Assembly: GCA_965220745.1 (NCBI GenBank)
Contig: CBDCQT010000005.1
Coordinates: 352,001 to 416,000, forward strand
Reading direction: 5' to 3'
Length of the DNA stretch: 64,000 nucleotides
Source: Alphaproteobacteria bacterium
GTDB taxonomy: Bacteria > Pseudomonadota > Alphaproteobacteria > UBA828
Part shown: positions 9,629 to 20,622 of the stretch, one piece after another
How positions within the stretch are numbered: the stretch's first letter is position 1
How the letters are laid out: every line of letters starts with the position of its first letter
Notes under the pieces: model-generated
Databases searched by the model: none
What the model was told of the DNA's origin: nothing
What the model saw: only the letters and a program-made list of their open reading frames with translations
Translations under genes and position numbers: made by a program

Positions 9629-10752
9629 CGCCCTTCTCCCGCACGGACACTAGCGTCGTCGGCCGCTGGTGGTGGACTGTGGATCGCTGGATGCTGACGG
9701 CGGTCCTGCTGCTCATGCTGTTGGGCGCGGCTCTGGCGCTTGCCTCGAGCCCCGCGGCGGCCGAGCGGATCGGCCTCGATCCGTTCCACTTCGCCCGGCA
9801 GCAACTGCTCTTCCTGCCGGTGGCGCTGGTCGTGATGATCGCCGTCTCGCTGCTCTCCCGCACCGGCGTTCAGCGCATCGGCACCGCCGGCACCGTGCTT
9901 GGCATCGCCCTGCTCGCGCTCACCCTCATGGTCGGCGTGGAGTTGAACGGCGCGCAGCGCTGGCTGTCGCTCGGCGGCTTCCATCTGCAGCCGTCGGAGT
10001 TCGTGAAGCCCTGCCTCGCGGTGTTCCTGGCCGCCGTCCTGACACGGCCGCGGGACGACAAGCTGCCCTACGGCATGCTTTTAGCTTCGCTGCCCGTGGT
10101 GGTGGCGGCGCTCCTCCTCGTCCTGCAGCCCGATATCGGGATGGCGGTGACGGTGGCCGCCGTCTGGTTCGTGCAGATGTTCGTGGTCGGCATGCCGCTC
10201 GCCCTTGCCGTGCTGGGCGGGGTGGCGACGGCAGGCGGTCTCGTGTTCGCCTATCACAACCTGACGCACGTCAAGGCGCGCATCGACCAGTTCATCGACC
10301 CCACGACCGGCGACACCTATCAGGTCGACACCTCGCTCCGCGCCTTCGAGGCCGGCGGGCTCTTCGGTCGGGGGCCCGGCGAGGGGGTCGTCAAGCACGT
10401 GCTGCCCGATGCCCACACCGACTTCATCTTCGCCGTTGCCGCCGAGGAATTCGGCGTCATCGCCTGCATCGTGATCATCGGGTTGTTCGGCTTCATCGTC
10501 GTCCGCGGCTTCGCCCGCGCCATGCGCGGGCGCGACCTGTTCGCGGTGGTCGCGGTCTCTGGCCTGCTCGCCCAATTCGGCTTTCAGGCCCTGATCAATA
10601 TGGGAGTCGCCATCAGGCTCCTGCCCGCCAAGGGGATGACCCTTCCGTTTCTGAGCTACGGAGGCTCGTCGGCGATGGCGACGGCCATCGGCCTCGGGAT
10701 GGTGCTCGCGCTGACACGCGAGCGGTGGAGTGATGAAGGATACGAACTTTGA
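9616..10752 (+). CDS. ftsW: SEDS peptidoglycan polymerase FtsW
   Basis: GAQRW, QPSEFVK, LQPDIG, LPDAHTDFIF, KGMTLPFLSYGGS. Confidence 0.97.
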   Translation: MDQVTPFSRTDTSVVGRWWWTVDRWMLTAVLLLMLLGAALALASSPAAAERIGLDPFHFARQQLLFLPVALVVMIAVSLLSRTGVQRIGTAGTVLGIALLALTLMVGVELNGAQRWLSLGGFHLQPSEFVKPCLAVFLAAVLTRPRDDKLPYGMLLASLPVVVAALLLVLQPDIGMAVTVAAVWFVQMFVVGMPLALAVLGGVATAGGLVFAYHNLTHVKARIDQFIDPTTGDTYQVDTSLRAFEAGGLFGRGPGEGVVKHVLPDAHTDFIFAVAAEEFGVIACIVIIGLFGFIVVRGFARAMRGRDLFAVVAVSGLLAQFGFQALINMGVAIRLLPAKGMTLPFLSYGGSSAMATAIGLGMVLALTRERWSDEGYEL

Positions 10753-11903
10753 GAACGCCTGCGCCCAACCCTCCCATTCTCCTCGCAGCAGGCGGAACTG
10801 GCGGCCACGTGTTCCCGGCGGAAGCTCTCGCGGTGGAACTGGAAGCGCGTGGCCGTCGTCTTGTTCTCATGACGGATCGGAGGGGCGTCGCCTTCGGCGA
10901 CGTTCTCGGGCGCATCGAACGCCACGCCATCGCGGCCCGCAGCCCCAGCGTGCGCGGACCCCTGGCACGCGCCATCGCCGTGCTTGGGCTCGCGCGAGCA
11001 GTCATGCAGGCGGCGCGCGTGCTGCGGCGGATTCGGCCGGCTGCCGCCGTAGGCTTCGGCGGCTACCCGTCGGTGCCGCCGCTGGTGGCGAGCGGGCGGC
11101 TCGGCATCCCCAGCGTGCTGCACGAGCAGAACGCGGTGCTGGGCCGGGCCAACCGGATGCTGGCGCGCCGCGCGTCGGCCATCGCCACCTCGTTCCCCGA
11201 GACCGCGCGCATCCCCCGCAATCGGGCTGCCCTCGTCACACACGTGGGCAACCCGGTTCGCGCTGCCATCGCGGCGCTGCGCGGGGCGGACTACGACCCG
11301 CCCGCGCCGGGTGGGCCATTCCGGCTGCTGGTCACGGGCGGGAGTCAGGGCGCGCGCATCTTCGCGGAGGTCGTGCCGGCGGCCATCGCGGCGCTGCCGC
11401 AGGCTTTGCGCGAGCGAATTGAGATCAGCCAACAGTGCCGCCCCGAGGACCTCGCCGACGTCGAGTGCACCTATGCCGAGGCAGGAGTCGAGGCGAAGCT
11501 TGCGCCCTTCTTCGACGACATCCCGGCGCGGCTCGGCGAATCCCACCTCGTGATCTGTCGGGCGGGTGCGTCGACCATCGCAGAGCTCGCGGCGGCGGGA
11601 CGCCCGGCGATCCTGGTGCCGCTGCCCATCGCTGCCGACGACCATCAGAACGCGAATGGCCGCGCCCTGGTCGCAGCCGGCGCGGCGACCATGATCCCGC
11701 AGCAATCGTTTACGCCGGCGGGGCTGGCTCAGGAGCTCACGACGCTGATGGCGGAGCCCGCGCAGCTGGCGCAGCAGGCCGCCGCGGCGGCGAACTTCGC
11801 GCGGCCCGACGCGGCGCACGCGCTGGCAGATCTCATCGAAGGGCTGATCAACGGATCACTCCCCGGACATCCGCTGCCCGAGCACGCGGGGGGCGCGGCA
11901 TGA
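10749..11903 (+). CDS. murG: Lipid II N-acetylglucosaminyltransferase MurG
   Basis: [34 protein letters not shown]. Confidence 0.97.
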   Translation: MRTPAPNPPILLAAGGTGGHVFPAEALAVELEARGRRLVLMTDRRGVAFGDVLGRIERHAIAARSPSVRGPLARAIAVLGLARAVMQAARVLRRIRPAAAVGFGGYPSVPPLVASGRLGIPSVLHEQNAVLGRANRMLARRASAIATSFPETARIPRNRAALVTHVGNPVRAAIAALRGADYDPPAPGGPFRLLVTGGSQGARIFAEVVPAAIAALPQALRERIEISQQCRPEDLADVECTYAEAGVEAKLAPFFDDIPARLGESHLVICRAGASTIAELAAAGRPAILVPLPIAADDHQNANGRALVAAGAATMIPQQSFTPAGLAQELTTLMAEPAQLAQQAAAAANFARPDAAHALADLIEGLINGSLPGHPLPEHAGGAA

Positions 11904-13345
11904 AGGCGATGCCCTTCGCCATCGGCACGATCCATTTCGTCGGCATCGGCGGGATCGGCATGAGCGGCATCGCCGAGGTCATGCACAACCTCGGCTACCG
12001 CATCCAGGGCAGCGACATCGCCGAGAGCGCGACGGTGCGCCGCCTGCGCGGACTGGGAATCCCGATCGCCCAAGGCCACGGCGCCGAGACCATCGGCGAC
12101 GTGGCGGTGGTGGTCGTCTCCTCCGCCATTGGCGAGGACAACGTCGAGGTCGTGGCCGCGCGCGAGCGCCACATCCCCGTCGTGCGCCGCGCCGAGATGC
12201 TGGCCGAACTGATGCGGCTCAAGTGGTCGGTGGCGGTTGCCGGCACCCACGGCAAGACGACCACGACCTCGATCATCGCAGCCATGCTCGATAGCGCCGG
12301 GTTCGATCCGACCGTCATCAACGGCGGCATCATCAACGCCTACGGCACCAACGCGCGGCTTGGCGAAGGCGAGTGGATGGTGGTCGAGGCTGACGAGTCC
12401 GACGGCAGCTTCGTCAAGCTTCCGGCCATCGCCGCGGTCATCACCAACATCGACCGCGAGCACATGGAGTTCTACGGCGACTTCGATGCCGTGCGCTGGG
12501 CCTACCAATCCTTCGTCGAGAACATCCCCTTCTACGGTGTCGCCGCGCTCTGCATCGACCATCCCGAGGTGCAGGCCCTGATCGGACGCATCGAGGACCG
12601 GCGCACCGTGACCTACGGCATGAGCCCCCAGGCCGAGGTGCGGGCGGTCAACGTCGCGGGCGACCCGCTGGGCTCGAGCTTCGACGTCGTCATCTCCGGT
12701 TACGTCCACGAGCGCCACGGCACCATGGAGGGCGTGCGGCTTCCCATGCTCGGCGCGCACAATGTGCAGAACGCGCTTGCGGCGATCGCCATCGGCCGCG
12801 AGATGGGCTTCTCCGACAACGTGATCCGCCGCGCGCTCGCGGATTTCAAGGGCGTCGAGCGCCGCTTCACCAAGGTCGGCGTCGTCGGTGGGGTCACGGT
12901 GATCGATGACTACGGGCACCACCCGGTCGAGATCGCGGCCGTCCTCTGCGCCGCCCGCAGCGCTTACAGCCGACGGATCGTCGCCGTCGTACAGCCCCAT
13001 CGCTATACCCGCCTGCGCGACCTGTTCGAGGAATTCTGCTCCTGCTTCAACGATGCCGACACGGTGGTTGTCGCCGACGTTCATCCCGCCGGCGAGGAGC
13101 CTATCGAGGGGATTGACCGCGAGGCGCTGGTCGAGGGCCTCTGGCGCCACGGCCATCGTCACGTGCTGCCGCTGGAGGCGCCCGACGCCCTACCGGCACT
13201 GATCGACACTCTGGTGGAGCCCGGCGACCTCGTTGTCTGCCTGGGCGCCGGCAGCATTACCCACTGGGCACGGGCGCTCCCCGAGGCTCTGGAAGAGCTA
13301 CGGGGCGGCGCGCAGGCGGCGAGCCCGGCGGGGCAGATGTCATGA
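11900..13345 (+). CDS. murC: UDP-MurNAc:L-Ala ligase MurC
   Basis: [44 protein letters not shown]; ATG at 11900 overlaps the murG stop. Confidence 0.97.
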   Translation: MKAMPFAIGTIHFVGIGGIGMSGIAEVMHNLGYRIQGSDIAESATVRRLRGLGIPIAQGHGAETIGDVAVVVVSSAIGEDNVEVVAARERHIPVVRRAEMLAELMRLKWSVAVAGTHGKTTTTSIIAAMLDSAGFDPTVINGGIINAYGTNARLGEGEWMVVEADESDGSFVKLPAIAAVITNIDREHMEFYGDFDAVRWAYQSFVENIPFYGVAALCIDHPEVQALIGRIEDRRTVTYGMSPQAEVRAVNVAGDPLGSSFDVVISGYVHERHGTMEGVRLPMLGAHNVQNALAAIAIGREMGFSDNVIRRALADFKGVERRFTKVGVVGGVTVIDDYGHHPVEIAAVLCAARSAYSRRIVAVVQPHRYTRLRDLFEEFCSCFNDADTVVVADVHPAGEEPIEGIDREALVEGLWRHGHRHVLPLEAPDALPALIDTLVEPGDLVVCLGAGSITHWARALPEALEELRGGAQAASPAGQMS

Positions 13346-14304
13346 TCGCGCATTGCAAGATGGCGGACTGGATCGAACGGCTGCCTGCGGTACGCGGTCG
13401 CTACGCCATCGACGTCGATCTCTCCCGCACCGTCTGGTTCCGCGCCGGCGGCCGCGCGGACGTCGTGTATCGGCCGGCGGATATCGACGACCTGGAGCAC
13501 TTCCTCGCAGCCCGGCCCGCCGAGGTGCCGGTGACGGTGGTCGGCCTCGGCTCCAACGTGCTGGTGCGCGACGGTGGCGTGGAAGGCGTCGTCATCCGTC
13601 TGCGCCAAGGCTTTCGCGATACGAGCGTCCGCTGGGAGGGCGAGCGCGCGCTTGTCGACGTTGGCGCCGGCGCTCTCGATATGAACGTCGCCCGCTACTG
13701 CCGCGATCAGGGGGTGGATGGACTGGCCTTTCTGAGTGGTATCCCCGGCACCGTCGGCGGCGCGCTCCGCATGAATGCCGGCGCCTACGGGTACGAGATG
13801 GCGGATGTCCTTGTCGAGGCGCGGGCGCTGGACGGTGACGGCGCCCTGCACGTGCTCGGGCCGGATGCGATGGGCTTTTCCTACCGCCACTCGGCGGTGC
13901 CGGAGGATTGGATCTTCGTCTCGGCGGTGCTGGTCGGGCGGCGCGGTGAGCCCGCCGCCATCGCCCGCCACATGGAAGAGATCAATGCTCAGCGCGAGGC
14001 GAGTCAGCCGATCCGCGCGCGCACCGGCGGCAGCACCTTCACCAACCCCGCGGGGCATTCGGCCTGGGAGCTGATCGACGAGGCCGGCTGCCGCGGGCTC
14101 GCGCGCGGCGGCGCACAGATCTCGGAGCAGCACTGCAACTTCATCGTCAACGCCGGCGGGGCGACGGCCTCGGACATCGAGGGGCTGGGCGAGGAGGTCC
14201 GCCGCCGGGTCGAGGAGAAGACCGGCCTCTCGCTGCAGTGGGAAATCCGCAGGATCGGACGCCACGGCCGCTGGCCGCAGGACGGCGGGGAGAAGGCGGA
14301 ATGA
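13342..14304 (+). CDS. murB: UDP-N-acetylenolpyruvoylglucosamine reductase MurB
   Basis: [39 protein letters not shown]. Confidence 0.96.
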   Translation: MIAHCKMADWIERLPAVRGRYAIDVDLSRTVWFRAGGRADVVYRPADIDDLEHFLAARPAEVPVTVVGLGSNVLVRDGGVEGVVIRLRQGFRDTSVRWEGERALVDVGAGALDMNVARYCRDQGVDGLAFLSGIPGTVGGALRMNAGAYGYEMADVLVEARALDGDGALHVLGPDAMGFSYRHSAVPEDWIFVSAVLVGRRGEPAAIARHMEEINAQREASQPIRARTGGSTFTNPAGHSAWELIDEAGCRGLARGGAQISEQHCNFIVNAGGATASDIEGLGEEVRRRVEEKTGLSLQWEIRRIGRHGRWPQDGGEKAE

Positions 14305-15221
14305 GCGCCGCAGGCAAGCACGTCGCCGTGCTGATGGGCGGGTGGTCCGCCGAGCGCGAGGTGTCGCTGGTCTCCGGCGCCGCCGTGGAGCGTGCGCTTT
14401 CAGAGAGCGGCTATCGCGTCACCGGTATCGACGTGATGCGCGACCTGCCGACGACGCTGGCGGAGGTTCGGCCGGACGTCGTGTTCAACGCGCTGCATGG
14501 CTCCATCGGCGAAGACGGCTGCGTCCAGGGTCTTCTCGAGGTCATGGGCCTGCCCTACACCCATTCGGGCGTGCTGGCCTCGGCCTTGGCGATGGACAAG
14601 CCGGCGGCGAAGCGGCTTTTCGCCGATGCCGGGCTCACCTGCCCCGAGGGCCAGGTGATGTGCCGCGCCGATATCGCCGCCGGTGCCGCAGGCGAGCACC
14701 CCTACGTGATCAAGCCACTCGACCAGGGCTCCAGCGTGGGCGTTCACCTGGTCTTCAGCGGCGACAATGTGGCGCTCCCCAACGGCGACTGGCCCTACGG
14801 CGAGCAGGTGCTGGTCGAGCGCTACATCCCCGGTCGCGAGATCCAGGTCGCAGTGATGGGAGAGCGCGCTTTGGGCGCCATCGAGATCAGGCCGAAGGGG
14901 CGCTTCTACGACTACGAAGCGAAATATACCGAAGGCTATGCCGACCACCACATGCCGGCGCCCATTCACCCGGATGCCTACTCCGAGGTGCTGAAGATCG
15001 CGCTCACCGCCCACCGGGCGCTCGGCTGCCGCGGCGTGACCCGCGCCGACCTGCGCTACGACGACACAGCTGGCGAGCCGGGACAGTTCTATCTGCTGGA
15101 AATCAACACCCAGCCGGGCATGACGCCGCTCTCGCTCGTGCCCGAAATCGCCGCCGACGTCGGCATCAGCTTCGAGGAGCTCGTCGTCTGGCTCGTGGAG
15201 AACGCCGCATGCGACAGCTGA
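14301..15221 (+). CDS. ddl: D-alanine--D-alanine ligase
   Basis: GGWSAEREVSL, LHG..GEDG, GSSVG, YDYEAKY, EINTQPGMT. Confidence 0.97.
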   Translation: MSAAGKHVAVLMGGWSAEREVSLVSGAAVERALSESGYRVTGIDVMRDLPTTLAEVRPDVVFNALHGSIGEDGCVQGLLEVMGLPYTHSGVLASALAMDKPAAKRLFADAGLTCPEGQVMCRADIAAGAAGEHPYVIKPLDQGSSVGVHLVFSGDNVALPNGDWPYGEQVLVERYIPGREIQVAVMGERALGAIEIRPKGRFYDYEAKYTEGYADHHMPAPIHPDAYSEVLKIALTAHRALGCRGVTRADLRYDDTAGEPGQFYLLEINTQPGMTPLSLVPEIAADVGISFEELVVWLVENAACDS

Positions 15222-16054
15222 GCCTCTTCGGCACGCAAAAGCGCGATGCGCAGCCCGCGCCGCGCCCGGTCGCGTCCCGCCTCGTCTCGCGGCGCGCGCT
15301 CAGGTGGGGGACGTGCGCTCTCGTGGGCGGCGTGGCGGTCGCTGCCGCCATCTGGGTCGTGCAGCCAGGCACGCTCGCAGCCGTGGGCGAGGACATCCGG
15401 GTCGGCTTCGTGTCGGCCACGGCAGGCGCGGGCATGACGGTGCAGCGGATCGATACGTCGGGGAGCGAGCGCACCTCGGCCCAGGCGGTCCGCACGGCCA
15501 CCAGTGTCGAGATCGGCACGCCCATCTTCGCGGTCGATCTCGCTGCCGCGCGGGGCCGGGTCGAGGCTATCGACTGGGTCGAGAGCGCGACGGTCGAGCG
15601 GCGTCTGCCGTCCACGCTCCACGTGCACATCGTCGAGCGCAAACCAGTGGCGCTCTGGCAGCGCAACCAGCGGCTGGTCATGGTCGACCGCGCCGGAACG
15701 GAGATCGGTGCGGAGCCAATCGGCCGCTTCGCCCATCTGCCGATCGTCGTGGGCGACGGTGCGCTCCCGCACATGCCCGCGCTGCTCGACGCAATGGCAA
15801 CCGATCCGGCTCTGTCGAGGCGGGTTCAGGCGGCCACCTGGATCGGCGGGCGGCGCTGGACGATCCACTTCCACAACGGCCTCGAAGCCAAGCTGCCGGA
15901 GCGCGAAATCGGCGCGGCCTGGGCTCGGCTCGTCAGGGAGATCGGCGAACACCGCCTCCTCGACGAGCCGATTGCCGTGGTCGACCTGCGCCTCCCCGAC
16001 CGGACCATCGTCCGCATCCGACCGCCCGAACCACCGGCCGATAACCGGACATGA
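15209..16054 (+). CDS. ftsQ: Cell division protein FtsQ
   Basis: Short basic N-terminus, single TM helix, POTRA (WVESATVERRLP..IVERKP), RRW, DLRLPDR; lies between ddl and ftsA. Confidence 0.93.
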   Translation: MRQLSLFGTQKRDAQPAPRPVASRLVSRRALRWGTCALVGGVAVAAAIWVVQPGTLAAVGEDIRVGFVSATAGAGMTVQRIDTSGSERTSAQAVRTATSVEIGTPIFAVDLAAARGRVEAIDWVESATVERRLPSTLHVHIVERKPVALWQRNQRLVMVDRAGTEIGAEPIGRFAHLPIVVGDGALPHMPALLDAMATDPALSRRVQAATWIGGRRWTIHFHNGLEAKLPEREIGAAWARLVREIGEHRLLDEPIAVVDLRLPDRTIVRIRPPEPPADNRT

Positions 16055-16076
16055 CGAGATTGGGAGCGAACGCAAC

Positions 16077-17339
16077 GTGATCGCCGCCCTCGACATCGGC
16101 ACGACCAAGGTGGCCTGCCTCCTCGCCCACCGCGACGCCGAAGGCACGCTCGCCGTCGTCGGCAGCGGCCAGGAACTCGCCGCCGGCCTGCACGCCGGCC
16201 GGGTCGTCGACATGGAAGCGGCGGAGGGTGCAATCCGCACCGCCGTCCATCGGGCCGAGCGGATGGCCGGCGAGAACGTCCGCAGCGTCTTCGTCGGCAC
16301 GTCGGGCGGCGCGCCCAGCTCCAGCTTTGCCAACGTCGAGGTCGAGATCGGCGGGCGTGAGGTCGCGGAGCACGACATCCAGCGCGCGTACGACCAGCTT
16401 CACGTGTCGGACGAGGGGGGCGAGCGCGACATCGTGCACGCCGTGCCCATCGACTACGCCCTCGACGGAGCGCCCGGAATCAGGGACCCGCGCGGCATGT
16501 ACGCGGACAGCCTCCAGGTGCGCCTGCACATGGTGAGCGTCGCCCACGGCAGCCTGCGCAACCTGCTCTCCTGCGTCTCCCGCTGCGATCTGCAGGTCGC
16601 TGCGCCGGTGGCCGCCGGCTACGCCTCGGGCCTCGCGTGTCTGGTCTCCGACGAGTTCGATCTGGGTGCCACCTGCATCGACATCGGTGGCGGCACGACC
16701 AAGCTCGCGATCTTCGGCGGCGGCAATCTGATGTGGACCGAGACGCTTCCCATCGGCGGGGATCACGTCACGAACGACATCGCGCAGGGGCTCTCGACGC
16801 CCATCGCAAGCGCGGAGCGCATGAAGCGGCTGCACGGGAGCCCGGCGGACGATTCGGCGGACGGTAACGACAGCATCGAGGTGCCGGAGATCGGTCCCGA
16901 AAACGGCCAGTCCGGCTCCGTCCACCATGTGCCGCGCTCGATGCTCACGCGAATCGTGCGCGCCCGCATGGAAGAGATCCTCGAATTCGCTCGCGCCCGC
17001 ATCGAAGCGAGCGGGCTCGACAAGTGGTCGGGGAACCGCGTCGTCATCAGCGGCGGCGCGAGCCAGAGCTTCGCCATGGCCGAGCTCGCGAGCCGCATCC
17101 TCGACAAGCAGGTGCGGCTCGCTCGCCCGCTCTCACTCCCCGGTCTGGCGCAAGCCGTCTCGGGGCCTGAGTTCGCAACCAGTGCCGGCCTGCTCGTCTA
17201 CGCAATGCGCAAGCACGCGGAGCCGTGGGCCAGGTCCGCCCGTGACGAGTCGGTCGGGCGCTTCACGAACACCCTGTCGCACCTCGGCCGCTGGCTGAGG
17301 GGCAACTTCTCAGAACACACGGATCAAAGAACACCGTAA
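16077..17339 (+). CDS. ftsA: Cell division protein FtsA (start uncertain)
   Basis: [35 protein letters not shown]-terminal amphipathic WLRGNF; GTG start at 16077 after GGGAG. Confidence 0.95.
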   Translation: MIAALDIGTTKVACLLAHRDAEGTLAVVGSGQELAAGLHAGRVVDMEAAEGAIRTAVHRAERMAGENVRSVFVGTSGGAPSSSFANVEVEIGGREVAEHDIQRAYDQLHVSDEGGERDIVHAVPIDYALDGAPGIRDPRGMYADSLQVRLHMVSVAHGSLRNLLSCVSRCDLQVAAPVAAGYASGLACLVSDEFDLGATCIDIGGGTTKLAIFGGGNLMWTETLPIGGDHVTNDIAQGLSTPIASAERMKRLHGSPADDSADGNDSIEVPEIGPENGQSGSVHHVPRSMLTRIVRARMEEILEFARARIEASGLDKWSGNRVVISGGASQSFAMAELASRILDKQVRLARPLSLPGLAQAVSGPEFATSAGLLVYAMRKHAEPWARSARDESVGRFTNTLSHLGRWLRGNFSEHTDQRTP

Positions 17340-17350
17340 AGGAGGGCACC

Positions 17351-19318
17351 ATGACCATCGATTTCATGCCGGAGCGGCAACCGGAAAACCGACCCCGCAT
17401 CACGGTCTTCGGAGTCGGCGGCGCTGGCGGCAATGCCGTCAACAACATGATCGCCGGCGAGCTGGAGGGCGTCGACTTCGTCGCCGCCAACACCGACGCG
17501 CAGTCGCTCTTCCAGTCGCTGTGCGAGAATCGGGTCCGCCTCGGTGTCAACATCACCCAGGGGCTGGGCGCCGGCGCACGCGCCGATATCGGCAAGGTGG
17601 CTGCCGAGGAAGCCCTCGACGATATCCAAAGCTACCTGCAAGGGAACAACATGGTGTTCATCGCCGCCGGCATGGGCGGCGGCACCGGCACGGGCGCCGC
17701 GCCCGTCATCGCTCGCGCGGCGCGGGAGCACGGCATCCTCACCGTGGGCGTCGTCACCAAGCCCTTCCACTTCGAAGGCTCGCAGCGCATGCGGATCGCG
17801 GAGCGCGGCATCCAGGAGCTCCACCAGTACGTGGACACGCTGATCGTCATCCCGAACCAGAACCTGTTCTGCGTGGCGAGCGAGGACACCACCTTCGCGG
17901 ACGCCTTCGGCATGGCCGACGACGTGCTGCACGCTGGCGTGCGTGGGGTCACCGATCTGATGGTCAATCCCGGCCTCATCAATCTCGATTTCGCCGACAT
18001 CCGCACGGTGATGGGCACCATGGGCAAGGCGATGATGGGCACCGGGGAGGCCGAGGGCGAGAACCGCGCCACCGAGGCGGCCGAGGCGGCAATCAACAAC
18101 CCGCTGCTCGACAATGCCTCGATCGAAGGGGCGCGTGGCGTGCTCATCAACGTCACCGGCGGCACCGATGTCACGCTCCACGAAGTGGACACGGCGGCAT
18201 CGCGCATCTGCAAGCAGGTCGACGAGGAAGCCACCATCATCTTCGGCACCAGCCTCGATCAGAAGATGGACGGCTATATGCGTGTTGCCGTGATCGCCAC
18301 GGGAATCGATTCCGACGAGGTTCGCGCGCCGATCCCCGACTCCACCGACAACATCCACGTCCTCGGTTTTACCGACCGCAAGGGCGCGAGCGGCGGTGGC
18401 TCCACGATGTCGGCGGCTGAGCCCGAAAAGGAAGCGGCTGAACCGGCAGCCGCACCGGCCTCCGCAGCGACCGGAACGGACGAGTCCGACCTCGTCATCC
18501 CGGTGGCCGAGGCGGTCGCGGAGTCGGCGGCGGCCGTGGGCGGCGGAGCGCAATCCGCACCGGCAGTGTCCTCCACGCCGCAGCCGTCGGCCTCTCCCAG
18601 CGCTCAGACCCCGGCGCCCGCTGAGGCGCGGGCGAGGCAAGAGCACAGGGCGGTGGCGGCGAGCGCTTCCGGTGCCGTCGCGGCCCGAGCGACCGTCGCG
18701 ACTGCGGAAGCGAAAGCCGAGCGACCGGCGGCGCGGTTCACGCCGCCGGAAGCCAGGACGCCCGAGAAGAAACCCAGCCTGCCGCTCGACCGCCCGGCGA
18801 CCGATCGCCAGCGGACCGAGCGTCCAGCAATCGAGCGTCCGGCGCCCTCACCCCGCCGTGTGGAAGGAAGCGATGCCACGCCGTCCGGCAGGCCCTCGCT
18901 CTTCGAGCGGATGACCGGCACCGGGCGGGCACGCCGGAATGGCGTCGAGGGTGAAACGCCTTCGACCGGCACGGCGCCGCGCACGCCCACGTCGGCAGAG
19001 GCGAAGCCGGGTGGCCCGCAGAAGAGTGCTCCGGAGACCCGGCTCCGTTCGGAGCCGTCGTCGCGCACCGAAAAAGCGCCGGCGCCCGGCGGCGGGACAC
19101 CAAAGCCGACTGCCTCGGCGCCAACGCCCGCCCCGGCGCCGGGCGGTGAGACGAGCGGGGCACCGGCGCCGTCACCGACGCTGGGAAGCAATGCGCCCAA
19201 GGCCGCAGCGCCCACGCCCGGGCCGCTCCTCGACGGGTTCTCGCCCTCCAGCAGAGCGCCCGGCGGCACGGAGGACCCGCTCGACATTCCGGCGTTTCTC
19301 CGCCGTCAGGCCAATTGA
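17351..19318 (+). CDS. ftsZ: Cell division protein FtsZ, 655 aa with very long linker
   Basis: [29 protein letters not shown]-terminal [12 protein letters not shown]. Confidence 0.98.
   Translation: MTIDFMPERQPENRPRITVFGVGGAGGNAVNNMIAGELEGVDFVAANTDAQSLFQSLCENRVRLGVNITQGLGAGARADIGKVAAEEALDDIQSYLQGNNMVFIAAGMGGGTGTGAAPVIARAAREHGILTVGVVTKPFHFEGSQRMRIAERGIQELHQYVDTLIVIPNQNLFCVASEDTTFADAFGMADDVLHAGVRGVTDLMVNPGLINLDFADIRTVMGTMGKAMMGTGEAEGENRATEAAEAAINNPLLDNASIEGARGVLINVTGGTDVTLHEVDTAASRICKQVDEEATIIFGTSLDQKMDGYMRVAVIATGIDSDEVRAPIPDSTDNIHVLGFTDRKGASGGGSTMSAAEPEKEAAEPAAAPASAATGTDESDLVIPVAEAVAESAAAVGGGAQSAPAVSSTPQPSASPSAQTPAPAEARARQEHRAVAASASGAVAARATVATAEAKAERPAARFTPPEARTPEKKPSLPLDRPATDRQRTERPAIERPAPSPRRVEGSDATPSGRPSLFERMTGTGRARRNGVEGETPSTGTAPRTPTSAEAKPGGPQKSAPETRLRSEPSSRTEKAPAPGGGTPKPTASAPTPAPAPGGETSGAPAPSPTLGSNAPKAAAPTPGPLLDGFSPSSRAPGGTEDPLDIPAFLRRQAN
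18785..18844 (+). repeat. Four degenerate 15-bp tandem repeats in the ftsZ linker ([20 protein letters not shown])
   Basis: ctcgaccgcccggcg / accgatcgccagcgg / accgagcgtccagca / atcgagcgtccggcg. Confidence 0.7.
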
Positions 19319-19355
19319 GCGGGGCGTTAGGCCAGATGAACAGAAGAAAAGAACT

Positions 19356-19380
19356 GTAACATCTCGTAACAAACAGTGAT
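19356..19380. promoter_or_regulatory. 10-bp-period direct repeat GTAAC-N5-GTAAC-N5-GTGAT upstream of lpxC
   Basis: Seen directly in the AT-rich ftsZ-lpxC spacer; geometry resembles OmpR/PhoB-family tandem sites; regulator unknown. Confidence 0.4.
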
Positions 19381-19560
19381 TTGCTCGCTTGTGGCGCGTT
19401 TGTCAGGATCGATCCCGACCGAGATCGCCGATACCTCTCGCGGCTAGGTCGGGCCCGGCTGGCAGACGCGCCACAAGCCTTGGCAAGACTGGCAAGACGA
19501 AGGGGCGGCGATCTGGCGTGAATGGCCAAGGGAGCGCCCCGCGCCCATAACAATATACTG

Positions 19561-20475
19561 ATGATCCCGCAGCAAACCCTCAAATCGGCTATTCACTGCG
19601 CCGGCATCGGCGTCCACGGCAACCGCAAGGTGCGCATGGAGCTGCGCCCGGCGCCGCCCGGCACTGGCATCGTCTTCTGCCGCACCGACCGGCCGGCGGG
19701 CTCCGATCGGACGATCGAGGCGGTCTACGGCAACGTCGTCGACGCGGCGCTCTGCACGGCGATCGGCAACGGCACGGTCTCGGTCCGGACCATCGAGCAC
19801 CTCATGGCCGCCTTCGCCGGCTGCGGCATCGACAATGCGGTGGTCGAGCTCGACGGCGAGGAGGTTCCCGCGATGGACGGGAGCGCCGCGCCGTTCGTCT
19901 TTCTTATCGAGTGCGCCGGTATCGTCGAGCAATGCGCGCCCAGGCGCATGATCGAGGTGCTCAAGCCGGTCAGTCTCGGCGACGACAGCCGGTATATCAG
20001 CGTGACTCCATCGGATACGTTCTCCATTCGCTGCGATATCGACTTCGACCATCCAGCGCTGGGCTATCAGTCGGTGGTCTTCGATCCGCTGCACACCAGC
20101 TTCCGCACCGAGCTCGCACGGGCCCGGACGTTCTGCCGGGAGTCGGACGTGGCAGGCATCCTCGCCGCCGGCATGGGCCAGGGCGGGTCCTTGGAGAACA
20201 CCGTTGTCATGGGCGACGACGGCCCCCTCAACGAGGACGGGCTGCGCTATGACGACGAGTGCGCGCGCCACAAGGCGCTCGACCTTATCGGCGACCTTTA
20301 CCTCGCTGGCGCGCCGATCATCGGCCATGTCCACTGTCTGCGCTCCGGCCACGGCATGAACCACGCGCTCCTCTCCGCCCTGCTCGACGATCCCGGCGCG
20401 TGGCGCCTCGTCGGTACGGAGCAGGATGCAGCCTTCGGAGAACCGGACCGCGAACCGGTTGCCGCCATCGCGTGA
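19561..20475 (+). CDS. lpxC: UDP-3-O-acyl-N-acetylglucosamine deacetylase
   Basis: QQTLKS..GIGVHG, TIEHLMAA, MDGSA, ARTF, RHKALDLIGDL, SGH. Confidence 0.96.
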   Translation: MIPQQTLKSAIHCAGIGVHGNRKVRMELRPAPPGTGIVFCRTDRPAGSDRTIEAVYGNVVDAALCTAIGNGTVSVRTIEHLMAAFAGCGIDNAVVELDGEEVPAMDGSAAPFVFLIECAGIVEQCAPRRMIEVLKPVSLGDDSRYISVTPSDTFSIRCDIDFDHPALGYQSVVFDPLHTSFRTELARARTFCRESDVAGILAAGMGQGGSLENTVVMGDDGPLNEDGLRYDDECARHKALDLIGDLYLAGAPIIGHVHCLRSGHGMNHALLSALLDDPGAWRLVGTEQDAAFGEPDREPVAAIA

Positions 20476-20622
20476 CGCCGGGCCGCTCGAATGGCGGCGC
20501 TAAACGGCTAATTCCACTCCCGACATTCAACAGTAGTATGAGGCGCCCGCGCGTCTGACTTGCGCCCGCGCGCAGGGTCGTCTGGCGCTGACCAGTGACA
20601 ACCAACGTGTGGAGGAGCGACG

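Noticed and set aside
19338-19370. GAAC-N9-GAAC as a LexA box and GTAA-N6-GTAA as a CtrA site upstream of lpxC
   Set aside because: Spacings do not match GAAC-N7-GAAC or TTAA-N7-TTAA
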